64,000 nt of DNA from positions 46,046 to 110,045 of the forward strand of contig JBGSMV010000042.1 in assembly GCA_041739995.1 (NCBI GenBank), written 5' to 3'. Position 1 is the stretch's first letter, and every line of letters begins with the position of its first letter. Of the stretch, positions 29,649 through 39,769 are shown one piece after another. Source of the stretch: Bdellovibrionota bacterium (lineage in GTDB: Bacteria; Bdellovibrionota_C; UBA2361; JBGSMV01). The notes under the pieces are model-generated. The model was not told where the DNA came from, did not search any database, and was given only the letters and a program-made list of their open reading frames with translations. The position numbers were made by a program, and so were the translations under genes.

Positions 29649-30056
29649 TCATCTTGAGCGCTTCGCTTTGGACTTCCTAGTCTGCTCTCTTGGCACAACC
29701 CCAAACAATTCGCTGGGTCGCGCAACGGCCTTCACAATATTTTGAGCTACTTGCTCAAAGTCATTGCGCTCAGCCGATAGGTAAAGCCACTTCCCCAGCA
29801 CTTCGTGAGGCGCGAGCTCAGGAAACAAGACGCGAATAGCGTTATGATGTTGAGTTGATGTGGCCACGAGCAGACCGTTCCATGGTTGCTCTCCGTCAGC
29901 CAGTACCAGAACTAAAAGTCCATGAAGATAGCAGGCGCGACAACCGAACATGGGTTTTTCGATGAAGGATGGGTCATCCATCAGAGGTTCGACGAGCCAC
30001 ATGTGTGCGTTCGACTTTGGTGCCATTCTATTCCCCAGAAAGGTTTTATGGGGCAA
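29649..30056 (-). CDS. Conserved hypothetical protein, TfoX-N-like
   Basis: KPMFG...Y motif; WNGLLV, LGKWLYL; start may be downstream. Confidence 0.55.
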   Translation of the reverse strand: MPHKTFLGNRMAPKSNAHMWLVEPLMDDPSFIEKPMFGCRACYLHGLLVLVLADGEQPWNGLLVATSTQHHNAIRVLFPELAPHEVLGKWLYLSAERNDFEQVAQNIVKAVARPSELFGVVPREQTRKSKAKRSR

Positions 30057-30079
30057 GCGACAAGGAGGCTAGGTTCGAC

Positions 30080-31333
30080 CTAATCCCAAGAGCCTTCGAT
30101 GCATTCAACGAACGTACGCAGAAACAAGTTCGCCTTAAATCCATCGAGTACGCGGTGATCGATGGTTAATGTCACATAAGCCTTGGGGCGTACGACTACT
30201 TGTTCAGCGCCTTTGACTTGCATCACACAAGCGCGACGCTCAAGTTTTCCAATACCTAGAATCGCAGACTGAGGCTGATTAATAACGATTGGCGTGGCGA
30301 ACAAGCTTCCACTCACTCCGTGATTAGAAATCGTAAACGTTCCGCCTCGTACCTCTGCTTGAGAAAGCTGACCGAGGCGAGCTTTCTCGGTGAGCGCGTG
30401 TAAGGCGCGAGCGGTACCAAGTAAGTCGAGCTTGTCGGCATTACGCAGGACGGGAACGATAAGTCCGGAATCCGAATTTGGAGAACCGTCGGGTGCGATA
30501 GCAGTGGCGATACCAATGTTAATATCTTCAAACACCTCAAGCGCGTCTTCATGAAGACGACTATTCACCTCTGGTGCTGCCTGTATGCCCTTAACGCAAG
30601 CCTGCACGAAGTAGCTGGTGAAAGTTAGTTTTGCGCCTTCACCTTCAAAGCGTGCCTTGGACTTTTCTCGGTGCGCCATTACTGAAGAGAGGTCGAGTTC
30701 AAACACCGAGGTGACGTGAGGCGCGGTGTGCAACAAGCTCTGAGTCATGTGCTGAGCGATTTGGCGACGCATGGCGTTAAGTGGAATTTTACGGCTTTTT
30801 AGTGCTTCATTTCCCGAGCTGCCCGCATTTGAAGGAGCATGGCTTGCAGAGCTCCCTGACTTGGCGCCTGCAAGATACGCCGTAACGTCGTCGTGCGTAA
30901 TTCTGCCGCCCTTACCCGTGCCAGTCACCTTTGAAGCGTCGATATTGTTTTGACTGAGTAGTCGTCTAACTGCGGGGCTTAGCTCCTGAGCAGCATTTGC
31001 CGCACTTGAGCTTGCCGAACCTGCAAGCGCAGAAGCAGAAGGTTGACCCTGAGCTTTCGCCGCATCGACACCAGAAGACTTTGAAGTGTCTGCAGAGGCA
31101 TTGGGGTTGATTGACCCTAAAATATCTCCAGGAGCAATTTCATCGCCGTCTTTCTTTAGAATCTCAGAAAGTACGCCCGTCCCAGGAGAAGCGATTTCAA
31201 CGTTTACTTTATCAGTGCTGACCTCAATCAGCGGCTCATTTTCAGTAACAGCCTCACCAACTTTCTTGAACCACTGAGACACCACTGACTGGGTGCCCTC
31301 TTGTTGATCACTGGAAAAGAGTACTTTGATCAT
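30080..31333 (-). CDS. 2-oxoacid dehydrogenase E2 (dihydrolipoamide acyltransferase)
   Basis: lipoyl STDKV, binding domain SPAVRRL..GTGKGGRIT, catalytic DHRVLDG. Confidence 0.95.
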   Translation of the reverse strand: MIKVLFSSDQQEGTQSVVSQWFKKVGEAVTENEPLIEVSTDKVNVEIASPGTGVLSEILKKDGDEIAPGDILGSINPNASADTSKSSGVDAAKAQGQPSASALAGSASSSAANAAQELSPAVRRLLSQNNIDASKVTGTGKGGRITHDDVTAYLAGAKSGSSASHAPSNAGSSGNEALKSRKIPLNAMRRQIAQHMTQSLLHTAPHVTSVFELDLSSVMAHREKSKARFEGEGAKLTFTSYFVQACVKGIQAAPEVNSRLHEDALEVFEDINIGIATAIAPDGSPNSDSGLIVPVLRNADKLDLLGTARALHALTEKARLGQLSQAEVRGGTFTISNHGVSGSLFATPIVINQPQSAILGIGKLERRACVMQVKGAEQVVVRPKAYVTLTIDHRVLDGFKANLFLRTFVECIEGSWD

Positions 31334-31336
31334 GTC

Positions 31337-33418
31337 TTAGGCCTCTAAAATCGAAGTCATTGCCTCTCGAACTTTGCTAATACTTGGAACTACCGCTTCC
31401 ATGAGAGTCACGTTGTGCGGAATTGGTAGATCGGGGACGGCCACTCGACGAATGGGAGCGTCAAGATCAAAGAACGCGCGCTCGGCAACCACAGCGGCGA
31501 TTTCGGCACCGAATCCAGCAGTTATGCCGTCTTCATGCACTATTAAACAGCGCCGGGTCTTTTTCACTGATTCCAACACGAGCTCTCGGTCCCATGGTGC
31601 AATAGTGCGCAGATCAATAAGATCAATGTCACCTTCGAAAGCATCGGCTGCCTCATCACAACGCTCTGCCATCGCCCCCCACGTCACGCAGGTTAGTTTT
31701 GAGCCAGAGCGCACACGGGAGCCAACACCCATCGGAAGCACGTAGTCATCGCCTGGATACGGCCTGCGCGCCCACGGAGTGTCCAGCATGTGACGGTGTT
31801 CAAAGAAAATAGTTGGGTTATGGCTGCGCATGGCGGCTCGAAGCAGGCCGACTGCGTCTTCTGCATTGGACGGCATGCATACCTGCCAGCCGATTGAATG
31901 GGCAAACACCACTTCGCTACTTACTGAGTGCCAAGGGTCGCCGCATTTAAAAAAGCCGCCTGGCATACGGACCACAATTGGCGCTGAGAAGCGATTATTG
32001 GTGCGCCAACGAATGGTGCCGCAGTTATTAAGCTGTTCAGTCGCCGGATCGGCGTACTTACGAAACTGAATTTCAGCCACGGGCATGAGGCCATTTAGCG
32101 CCATGCCTACGGCTCGGCCGATAATTCCTTCTTCAGACAGCGAAGTGTCAAAGACTCGTGTAGGACCAAAAGTTTCTTGGAGTCCTAAGGTCGCGGCATG
32201 AACGCCACCCTTTGGACCGACATCCTCTCCAAAGACTAGTACTTTTGGATTGGTGCGCAGCTCGTGTTCAAGCGTGCGACGAATCGCAGTTATCATGTTA
32301 ATGCGGGTGGGTTCTGGCTTTGGTGTGGCGTTCGATTCTGGGAATGTGTGGCCATCTGCGCCAAGTCCGCCGCGCTTTGAAAAAATCAGAGCACCCTCAG
32401 GATTAACTTCGCAGAAAACGTGTTTACTTACCCCCGAAGGGCTCGCTTCAGGACGAGAGAGCGCCGCCTCCAGCGCGTTCGCTACGTCATTACTGACCTG
32501 ATGTTCGATGCCTTGCCAGGTGTCAGGGCCTTTCCATAGTTCAAGACAAAAGGCTTTTAATTTAGGTAGGGGATCTCGTCGCCATTCAGATTCAACTAGT
32601 TCTTTGCTCTTGTATGACTGGGTGTCTTGTCCGGAATGTCCGGAGAGTCTCGGGACGGCTACTCGCAGCAGCACTGGCCCCTTAGCGTTTCTGATAACGG
32701 TAAAAGCTTCGGCTACGGTCTTGGCGGTGGCGCTTGGATCTGAGCCATCACACTGGAGAACAGTGAGATTCGCAAACGCACTTAAGTTCGCCGCGATATT
32801 ACCGCCAGGAGTTTGCTGGGTTCCAGGAACTGAAATCCCAAAACCGTTGTCTTCAACATAAAAGAGCATTGGCAGAGATAAAGTCGTCGCCATGGTGAGC
32901 GCTGACCAGAATCCACTAGTCGCTGCCCCTGCATCGCCCGTATGAGCCACCGAAACCGCACCGCGATAGGCAGACTCCTTTAGGGTGTCACGTCGATACA
33001 TGATCGACTGTGCCCAACCAGCCGCGGGGGTAAATTGAGAACCAACATCTCCTGACATCGGAAGTACCGATGGGCCCGTGCGAGAAGGTAAATTGCAGAC
33101 GACGCCGATATCTCGACCGTCGCTAAATCCGCCTGATCTTGCCATCGGAGCTGCAATCGCATCTTCAAGTGAAAGTCCTAAGGAGAGAAGAATAGGGCGC
33201 GAGCGGTAGTAGGCGCCGACGGCATCACATGGATGAGAGAGGAACGAGGCCATAATGGCTTGGGAAACTTCGTGTCCTCGTGCAGAAAACTGATAGAGAA
33301 CTTTCTTCTCAGGGACGAGCTTTTTTTCCTCTACATCGTCAATGGCTCGCGAGGCGAGGGCGATGTAGGCAATGCGTTTCCAATCGAGCTCAGACCATTC
33401 CATTCTCATTTTCTCCAT
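31337..33418 (-). CDS. Fused E1 alpha/beta 2-oxoacid dehydrogenase (branched-chain/aromatic type)
   Basis: TPP motif GDAG..EDNG, GHSGQD, GEDVG, EIQF, DLRTIAPWD. Confidence 0.93.
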   Translation of the reverse strand: MEKMRMEWSELDWKRIAYIALASRAIDDVEEKKLVPEKKVLYQFSARGHEVSQAIMASFLSHPCDAVGAYYRSRPILLSLGLSLEDAIAAPMARSGGFSDGRDIGVVCNLPSRTGPSVLPMSGDVGSQFTPAAGWAQSIMYRRDTLKESAYRGAVSVAHTGDAGAATSGFWSALTMATTLSLPMLFYVEDNGFGISVPGTQQTPGGNIAANLSAFANLTVLQCDGSDPSATAKTVAEAFTVIRNAKGPVLLRVAVPRLSGHSGQDTQSYKSKELVESEWRRDPLPKLKAFCLELWKGPDTWQGIEHQVSNDVANALEAALSRPEASPSGVSKHVFCEVNPEGALIFSKRGGLGADGHTFPESNATPKPEPTRINMITAIRRTLEHELRTNPKVLVFGEDVGPKGGVHAATLGLQETFGPTRVFDTSLSEEGIIGRAVGMALNGLMPVAEIQFRKYADPATEQLNNCGTIRWRTNNRFSAPIVVRMPGGFFKCGDPWHSVSSEVVFAHSIGWQVCMPSNAEDAVGLLRAAMRSHNPTIFFEHRHMLDTPWARRPYPGDDYVLPMGVGSRVRSGSKLTCVTWGAMAERCDEAADAFEGDIDLIDLRTIAPWDRELVLESVKKTRRCLIVHEDGITAGFGAEIAAVVAERAFFDLDAPIRRVAVPDLPIPHNVTLMEAVVPSISKVREAMTSILEA

Positions 33419-33791
33419 CAGCGTTACCTAAGAGAGATAGCGCAACCTGCTGCTTAAGGCCCGTACTGACCCGTACCCTCGTGCCGCGTTTTTGGTCGCG
33501 AAGCCGCCTGTTTGCAGCAATATAGAGTCCTGCGGATACACCAAAATGAGCGTTTGGTCATCCCTGGCCGGGTTCGGGTGTAACTGGCCGAAGTCTATGC
33601 TATGAGTCCGTGGCACAGCCGTGTTTATGAGGGTCAGCCTTCGCTCACATGTGCCTGTGGTGCCATTTAATTCTAGGAGGCTTCGGGGCGGGACGTCGTC
33701 GTCTGTGCCTTTGTTACAGACTCCTAGAAGAGCACCGATTAGGAGGAGCGGGGAGCGTGTTCTGATACGCTGTTCGTGCTGCCTTTGATGC

Positions 33792-33898
33792 GTTGTTCCC
33801 AGTACTCTGTTGTTCCCAGTACTCTGTTGTTCCGAGGACTCTGTTACTAGGGAGTTGTTACTAGGTAGTTGTTACTAGGGAATTGTTTCTAGGGAGTT
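33792..33898 (+). repeat. Compound tandem repeat: 3x17 bp then 4x14 bp, just upstream of paaG
   Basis: GTTGTTCCCAGTACTCT x2 plus variant (33792-33842); GTTACTAGGGAGTT-like x4 (33843-33898). Confidence 0.93.
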
Positions 33899-33904
33899 AT
33901 AACG

Positions 33905-34708
33905 ATGAGCTTTTCCCCCAGCAGCACTTTTGAGTGTCTTCAGTTTGAAGTGAAAAGCGGCGTCGCGCACTGTACGTTGTCGCGCCCTGACAAGCTCAAC
34001 AGTATGGACCGCCAGATGGCTAAGGAGCTGCAGCTTGCGCTTGCTATGGCATCCTCGGACGAGGCGATTAGAGCGGTTCTTATCACTGGTGCCGGCCGAG
34101 CATTCTGCGCGGGTCAAGATATTTCCGAGTTTTCAGAATTAACCGAAGCACCTGACCTTGGCGAAATCATTCGCACTTGTTGCAATCCTGTGGTGCGCGC
34201 CATCCGCAATCTTGAGAAACCAGTGGTGTGCGCGGTTAACGGGGTTGCGGCTGGTGCGGGGGCGAACTTAGCTCTTTGCTGTGATGTAGTGCTGGCGGCA
34301 GAGAGTGCCAGTTTTGTTCAAGCGTTTTCGAAGATTGGTCTTATTCCGGACTTCGGGGGCTCGTTCTTTCTTCCGCGCTTGGTAGGTTTCGCTCGTGCGA
34401 ATGCCTTGGCGATGCTGGGACCGAAAGTGTCCGCGACCGAAGCGCAGGCCATGGGGTTGATTTACAAGGCTTGCGAAGATTCAGCGTTGATGACCGAGGC
34501 AGTTGCTCTAGCTGAGAAGTTAGCGGCCGAGCCGACTCGCGGGTTTGGACTTACCAAGCGAGCTTTCAATGCTTCTTTAGGGAATTCGTTAGAAACGCAG
34601 CTGTCCTTGGAGGAACAACTACAGGGAACCGCAGGAAGGACTGCTGATTTTCTTGAGGGAGTGAAGGCATTCTTTGAGAAGCGAAAACCAAAATTTCTTG
34701 GGCGCTAA
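33905..34708 (+). CDS. paaG: Ring-epoxide-CoA isomerase (crotonase fold)
   Basis: RAFCAGQD, GVAAGAGANLAL, IGLIPD; heads a paaHIJY run. Confidence 0.85.
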   Translation: MSFSPSSTFECLQFEVKSGVAHCTLSRPDKLNSMDRQMAKELQLALAMASSDEAIRAVLITGAGRAFCAGQDISEFSELTEAPDLGEIIRTCCNPVVRAIRNLEKPVVCAVNGVAAGAGANLALCCDVVLAAESASFVQAFSKIGLIPDFGGSFFLPRLVGFARANALAMLGPKVSATEAQAMGLIYKACEDSALMTEAVALAEKLAAEPTRGFGLTKRAFNASLGNSLETQLSLEEQLQGTAGRTADFLEGVKAFFEKRKPKFLGR

Positions 34709-34744
34709 AGCTTTCTTTCCCTGCTTAGTGAGGAGCAACAAATC

Positions 34745-35929
34745 ATGATGCATAGTGTACTTGATAGATCTTCCGTCATTGGTGTGATTGGCGCCGGAAC
34801 CATGGGAGCAGGGATTGCTCAACTTGCAGCGCAGCAGGGTCACCGCGTACTTTTGTTTGATGAGTCCAGCGACGCGCTGGTAAATGCTCGTACTTCTTTT
34901 GGTAAGATCTTTGCGCGCCTGGTAGAAAAGGGCATCCATACCACCCAGGAAGCAGAGGAAATTAAGAAGCGCATCTCATTCGCTGAGAACCTGAGAGGCT
35001 TTTCTCACTGCAAACTTGTAGTCGAAGCGGTAGTTGAAGATCTCTCAGTAAAGCAGGAGATTTTTAAACAACTCGAACGTCTCGTTAGTGAAGCCTGTAT
35101 TTTAGCGACCAACACCTCTTCTCTCTCGGTCACTAGTTTGGCTACTTCGTGTGAACGGCCCGGCAGAATTCTGGGGATTCACTTCTTCAACCCCGCACCA
35201 ATCATGCAGCTGGTGGAGATTGTTCCGTGGCTACAGACCACAGAGGAGACACTACTAGCGGCCACGCACCTTATTGGTGGCTGGGGTAAGAAGGCGGTTC
35301 GCGCAAAGGACACCCCTGGGTTCATAGTGAATCGAGTCGCGCGCCCTTTTTACGGCGAAGCACTGCGCATCTTTGATGAAGGGATGGCAGAGCCGGCAAC
35401 GATTGATTGGGCCATGAAAGAGCTCGGCGGTTTCAAGATGGGGCCGTTTGAGTTGATGGACTTAATCGGCAACGATGTAAATTTCAAGGTGAGTCAGACA
35501 GTCTTCGAAAGCTTCTTCTATGAGCCTCGTTTTCGGCCCTCTTTGGCCCAAAAGAAGCTGGTGGAAGCGGGCTTACTTGGGCGAAAGCGATCGCGTGGTT
35601 GGTATGACTATAGCTTGCATGCGCCCGTCCCTGTGCCCAACAAGGACAAGGAGTTAGGGGCGGCAATTTTTGAGCGAATTAGAGCGATGCTGATTAATGA
35701 GGCTTCAGAGGCGGTACAGCAAAAGGTAGCGAGCGTTGAGGACATTGATCTAGCGATGACCACTGGAGTGAACTACCCAAAGGGACTTCTTAAGTGGTGC
35801 GATGAACTTGGTGCCGCCGTTGTGCTTAAGACTCTCAACAGCTTACAGACCGAATATGGAGAGGAGCGCTACCGCGCGTCACCACTGCTTCGTCGCATGG
35901 CGAAAGAGGGCACTACTTTCCATCGATAA
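34745..35929 (+). CDS. paaH: 3-hydroxyacyl(adipyl)-CoA dehydrogenase
   Basis: GAGTMG, ATNTSS, GIHFFNPAP, PGFIVNRVARPFYGEAL. Confidence 0.88.
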   Translation: MMHSVLDRSSVIGVIGAGTMGAGIAQLAAQQGHRVLLFDESSDALVNARTSFGKIFARLVEKGIHTTQEAEEIKKRISFAENLRGFSHCKLVVEAVVEDLSVKQEIFKQLERLVSEACILATNTSSLSVTSLATSCERPGRILGIHFFNPAPIMQLVEIVPWLQTTEETLLAATHLIGGWGKKAVRAKDTPGFIVNRVARPFYGEALRIFDEGMAEPATIDWAMKELGGFKMGPFELMDLIGNDVNFKVSQTVFESFFYEPRFRPSLAQKKLVEAGLLGRKRSRGWYDYSLHAPVPVPNKDKELGAAIFERIRAMLINEASEAVQQKVASVEDIDLAMTTGVNYPKGLLKWCDELGAAVVLKTLNSLQTEYGEERYRASPLLRRMAKEGTTFHR

Positions 35930-35981
35930 AGTCTTATTGATAGTCACTAAGTAGTTTAGCAATGCTTTGTGGGAGATTGGA

Positions 35982-36413
35982 GTGAGTACGGAAGCCGAAA
36001 ACGAACGAGCCCGGCAGATTGTGCAGCACATGGTGGACCATGATGGGTTTAGCCGCTGGCTTGGAATCTCCATTGATGAAATTGCCCCGGGCCGCGCGAC
36101 ACTTCGCATGACGGTACGTGCAGAAATGCTGAACGGCTTCGGTACTGCCCATGGCGGCATTCAATATTCTTTCGCTGATAGCGCCTTGGCGTTTGCCTCC
36201 AATGGGCGTGGGAAAAAGGCAGTCGCCTTGCAGAATGTAATCTCTTATCCGGCTCCGGTGCATGCGGGGGATGAACTCACTGCGGTGGCCGAAGAAGTTT
36301 CGTTGGGAAACACTGTGGCAACCTACGACGTAAAAATTACCAATCATAATAACCGAGTGGTCGCCTTGTTTCGCGGCTCGGTGTTCCGTTTACAAGAGGA
36401 GTGGTCCGTATGA
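35982..36413 (+). CDS. paaI: Hotdog-fold phenylacetyl-CoA thioesterase
   Basis: MLNGFGTAHGG..FADSALAFASN; GTG start after GGAG. Confidence 0.9.
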   Translation: MSTEAENERARQIVQHMVDHDGFSRWLGISIDEIAPGRATLRMTVRAEMLNGFGTAHGGIQYSFADSALAFASNGRGKKAVALQNVISYPAPVHAGDELTAVAEEVSLGNTVATYDVKITNHNNRVVALFRGSVFRLQEEWSV

Positions 36414-37618
36414 AATCAGCATTCATCGTCGATGGGGTAAGAAGTGCTATCGGCAGTTTCGGCGGGAGTCTGTCGGCGATTAGAGCAGACGATCTTGCCG
36501 CTACGGTAATTCAACAATTAGTCGCGCGGCATCCTGGAATCAATCCAGCTTCGATTGAAGACGTAATTCTCGGGTGCGCGAATCAAGCAGGCGAGGATAA
36601 CAGAAACGTGGCGCGTATGGCGGCTTTGCTGGCCGGGTTGCCAGAGAGTGTACCTGGACAAACAGTCAATCGCCTTTGTGCCTCAGGTCTTAGTGCGGTG
36701 GTCGAAGCTTCTCGAGCGATTGAAGTGGGAGAGGGCGATGTTTTTATTGCAGGCGGAGTGGAGCATATGACCCGCGCCCCGTACGTCCTCTCTAAGTCAG
36801 AGACTGCTTTCTCTCGCGGCATGGAGTTGTTTGATACCAGCATTGGTTGGCGCTTTGTGAATCCGCAAATGAAGGAGCGCTTTGGTACGGATTCGATGGG
36901 GGAGACGGCAGAGAACGTGGCTGCCCAGTGCAAAATTTCGCGAGACGACCAGGACAGATTTGCGGTGTGGTCTCAGGAGAAAGCGCTTATTGCTAGGGAG
37001 AAAGGGCGCTTTGAGCCAGAAATTGTTCCTGTCGCAGTTCCGCAAGGAAAGAGGGAGCCGCCAAAGCATTTTCAGCAAGACGAGTTTATCCGTCCTGGAA
37101 CCACGCTCGAAACACTTGCGAAGTTGAGGCCTGCGTTTCGAAAAGATGGCAGTGTCACTGCTGGTAATGCATCTGGCATCAACGACGGCGCGTGTGCGCT
37201 GTTGTTGGCGAACGAAGAGGGCATGAAGGCTCAAGGATTAAAGCCGCGTGGAAGGATAGTGGCTTCAGCTGCCGTAGGATTAGCCCCTCGTATTATGGGG
37301 CTTGGTCCGGTGGAGGCAACCAGGCGAGTACTAAAGCGAGCCGGACTGTCGCTCGATGATGTGCAGGTGATTGAATTGAATGAAGCCTTTGCGGCGCAGA
37401 GCCTGGCGTGCGTGCGCGAGCTTGGATTGAAGGACGCGGACCCGCGCATTAATCCCAATGGTGGTGCGATAGCGCTGGGGCATCCGCTCGGCATGTCAGG
37501 AGCACGTCTTGTGCTTACCGCCTTGCATGAGCTTGAGTTGCAGCGCGGAAAGTATGCGCTCTGCACCATGTGTGTAGGCGTGGGGCAGGGGATGGCCGCC
37601 ATCATCGAGCGCGTGTGA
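36410..37618 (+). CDS. paaJ: 3-oxoadipyl-CoA thiolase (PaaJ/PcaF)
   Basis: GCANQAGEDNRNVARM, NRLCASG, NEAFA, GHPLG, MCVGVGQG. Confidence 0.93.
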   Translation: MKSAFIVDGVRSAIGSFGGSLSAIRADDLAATVIQQLVARHPGINPASIEDVILGCANQAGEDNRNVARMAALLAGLPESVPGQTVNRLCASGLSAVVEASRAIEVGEGDVFIAGGVEHMTRAPYVLSKSETAFSRGMELFDTSIGWRFVNPQMKERFGTDSMGETAENVAAQCKISRDDQDRFAVWSQEKALIAREKGRFEPEIVPVAVPQGKREPPKHFQQDEFIRPGTTLETLAKLRPAFRKDGSVTAGNASGINDGACALLLANEEGMKAQGLKPRGRIVASAAVGLAPRIMGLGPVEATRRVLKRAGLSLDDVQVIELNEAFAAQSLACVRELGLKDADPRINPNGGAIALGHPLGMSGARLVLTALHELELQRGKYALCTMCVGVGQGMAAIIERV

Positions 37619-37632
37619 GTGAGGAGACTTTG

Positions 37633-38256
37633 ATGAGCGCTAATGTTTTTTCATTTGAAGGAGTAGTCCCCGTTGTTCACCCGAGTGCATTTGTTCACCC
37701 GAATGCAACGGTCACAGGTGATGTAATTATCGGTCGTGACGTTTACATCGGACCAGGGGCGGCGATTCGCGGAGATTGGGGCAGGATCGTTATTGAGGAC
37801 GGTTGCAACGTTCAGGAGAACTGTACCATTCATATGTTCCCGGGAGTGACCGTCACTTTAGAAGCGGGTGCCCACATCGGTCACGGAGCGGTGGTGCACG
37901 GGGCACGAATTGGTCGTAATGCTCTAATCGGCATGAATGCGGTGATCATGGATGAAGTTGAGATTGGGCCCGAGTGCATCGTTGGGGCGCTGTGCTTCGT
38001 TCCCGCACAAATGAAAATTCCAGCCAGAAAGGTCGTGGTAGGCAATCCTGCCAAAGTAGTTAAGGACGTGAGTGAAGAGCAGCTGACCTGGAAGACCGCG
38101 GGCACAAAAATTTACCAAGGGCTTCCGTCCGCATGTGCCGAGACTCTCCGTGCCTGCGAGCCATTGAGGGAGCTAAGTCCTGAGCGGGAAGCGACCCGTA
38201 CCCGACTGGTGAGCGCTACGATGCAGCCCTGGAGGAAAACGACTGAGGGGGCGTAG
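37633..38256 (+). CDS. paaY: Gamma-carbonic-anhydrase-like hexapeptide protein
   Basis: PVVHPSAFVHP, IRGDWG, NVQENC, IGHGAVVHG; paa context. Confidence 0.8.
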   Translation: MSANVFSFEGVVPVVHPSAFVHPNATVTGDVIIGRDVYIGPGAAIRGDWGRIVIEDGCNVQENCTIHMFPGVTVTLEAGAHIGHGAVVHGARIGRNALIGMNAVIMDEVEIGPECIVGALCFVPAQMKIPARKVVVGNPAKVVKDVSEEQLTWKTAGTKIYQGLPSACAETLRACEPLRELSPEREATRTRLVSATMQPWRKTTEGA

Positions 38257-38407
38257 CTCCTTTGGGTGTTTGGTGGGCTTGCGCGGCAGTTGTCCCAGCC
38301 CTTGTCCTACTCTAACCCACATAAGTTATTTGTGATTTTGCAATATTGGGCAACCTCCTTAGTTGGGCTGGAGTAGCGGTCCCCGTGGCGGTACCCTGCT
38401 CGACCCT

Positions 38408-39712
38408 ATGTTGAACATGAATCGCTCCCCTGAACGGCGGGCTTGTGCCGTTTCCCTCGCAATCTCAGCCGCCTTCTTCTCCGGGTGCAACTCTGTTGAT
38501 AAGACCTCAACCGAGCCAACCGGGTCATCTGGAGCAGTAACGGCTGCGCCCTCGCTCGAAGACTTACTTCAAGATACTGCTGCGTTACGGGCGCGCGCCG
38601 CGTCGTGGTGCCCCCAGAGCGCAGAGCAGCTCTCACAGATTTCTGCACGAGAGCATATTTTAAATGCGGTCGCGGTCTCGCACTTTCGCCCTAACAAATC
38701 AGAGAGCGATCTTGAGTCGTTGCGCCAGGGGCTCGTGATGGCAGGAATGACTCCAGTAGACAGATACGAGCGTTCGCTGATTGATTTGTATTCGGTATTG
38801 CCGGAAGTGCCATTTGGATTTGGGATGGTATTTGGCCCTGACCCTGTGCGTCTGATTACCATTAAGAACTCCCTCCAGGAGTCTTCGCGGGACTCCGTGC
38901 TTGCATCGGACCGATTCTATCCGCTTGAGACACGAGTGCTCGGCGATCGTCTTGATAAAATGTTACGTGGAGTGAAGTCGGAGCGCGAACTGCAAGAGGC
39001 AGAAGCCATCTTTTCAAACTTCAAAGCCTCGCCCCTTTTTGAGGCAATTTTCACGCGTGAAGCGGCGCCCACTGAAGTGGAAAGGCGTGCTCGGGTAGCG
39101 TTGGCGCAGATTGTTACCGAGATGACTAAGGAACTCCGCGAGCTTGGAGGGGTGGGTGGACGTAGCTCCGTCTCAGCCGAACAGCTCTTCCCCGCAATGC
39201 GCAATTATCTCTGTCAAAGTTTTGGTGTGACTGACGCCGTGCAACCATCAATTGTGGCCGGCCTTGCAACAAAACTCTTCGACTGTGATGTCTATACGCT
39301 CGTAGCTTGTGAATTCGGAAAGCAGGTGGGCCTGCCAATTGAAGCCATATATCTTTTCGATCCGAGCAAGTCTCAGCCGGTCGGGCACTGCCTTCCGACG
39401 GCGCTCCTGCGATCAGGAAACCAGACTAGGTATGTCGCTTACGAAATGAGAGAGCCGATTGAGCGCTTACCTGACGGCACCGAGCGGCGTCTCTATCGCG
39501 GGTTTGAAGAGATGAAGACGCGGGTGAACACCTTGGCGGGCGAAGAACTCTTGGGCGGCTCGACTATTGCGTGCCTTCTTACTGATCGGGGCAAAGTGAT
39601 GCTTGTTAATCCCTACGGAACTCGCGAGATGATCAGCCTTTCATCAAGCGACATGCGGATTTTGTTTGGGTCGGTGGCGAATGCTCAAGAGCGTGCTGAG
39701 TTAGGAAAATAG
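38408..39712 (+). CDS. Hypothetical lipoprotein with candidate transglutaminase-like domain
   Basis: FSGC lipobox; FDCD..(helix)..GL..(strand)..GHC..YE. Confidence 0.55.
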   Translation: MLNMNRSPERRACAVSLAISAAFFSGCNSVDKTSTEPTGSSGAVTAAPSLEDLLQDTAALRARAASWCPQSAEQLSQISAREHILNAVAVSHFRPNKSESDLESLRQGLVMAGMTPVDRYERSLIDLYSVLPEVPFGFGMVFGPDPVRLITIKNSLQESSRDSVLASDRFYPLETRVLGDRLDKMLRGVKSERELQEAEAIFSNFKASPLFEAIFTREAAPTEVERRARVALAQIVTEMTKELRELGGVGGRSSVSAEQLFPAMRNYLCQSFGVTDAVQPSIVAGLATKLFDCDVYTLVACEFGKQVGLPIEAIYLFDPSKSQPVGHCLPTALLRSGNQTRYVAYEMREPIERLPDGTERRLYRGFEEMKTRVNTLAGEELLGGSTIACLLTDRGKVMLVNPYGTREMISLSSSDMRILFGSVANAQERAELGK

Positions 39713-39769
39713 TAAGCTGATTAACATCAGTAAAGTGCCACTGAGCTTCGCTGTGATTGAGGGCTGCCG

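Noticed and set aside
33792..33898. CRISPR array
   Set aside because: Contiguous 14-17 bp units with no spacers; no cas genes
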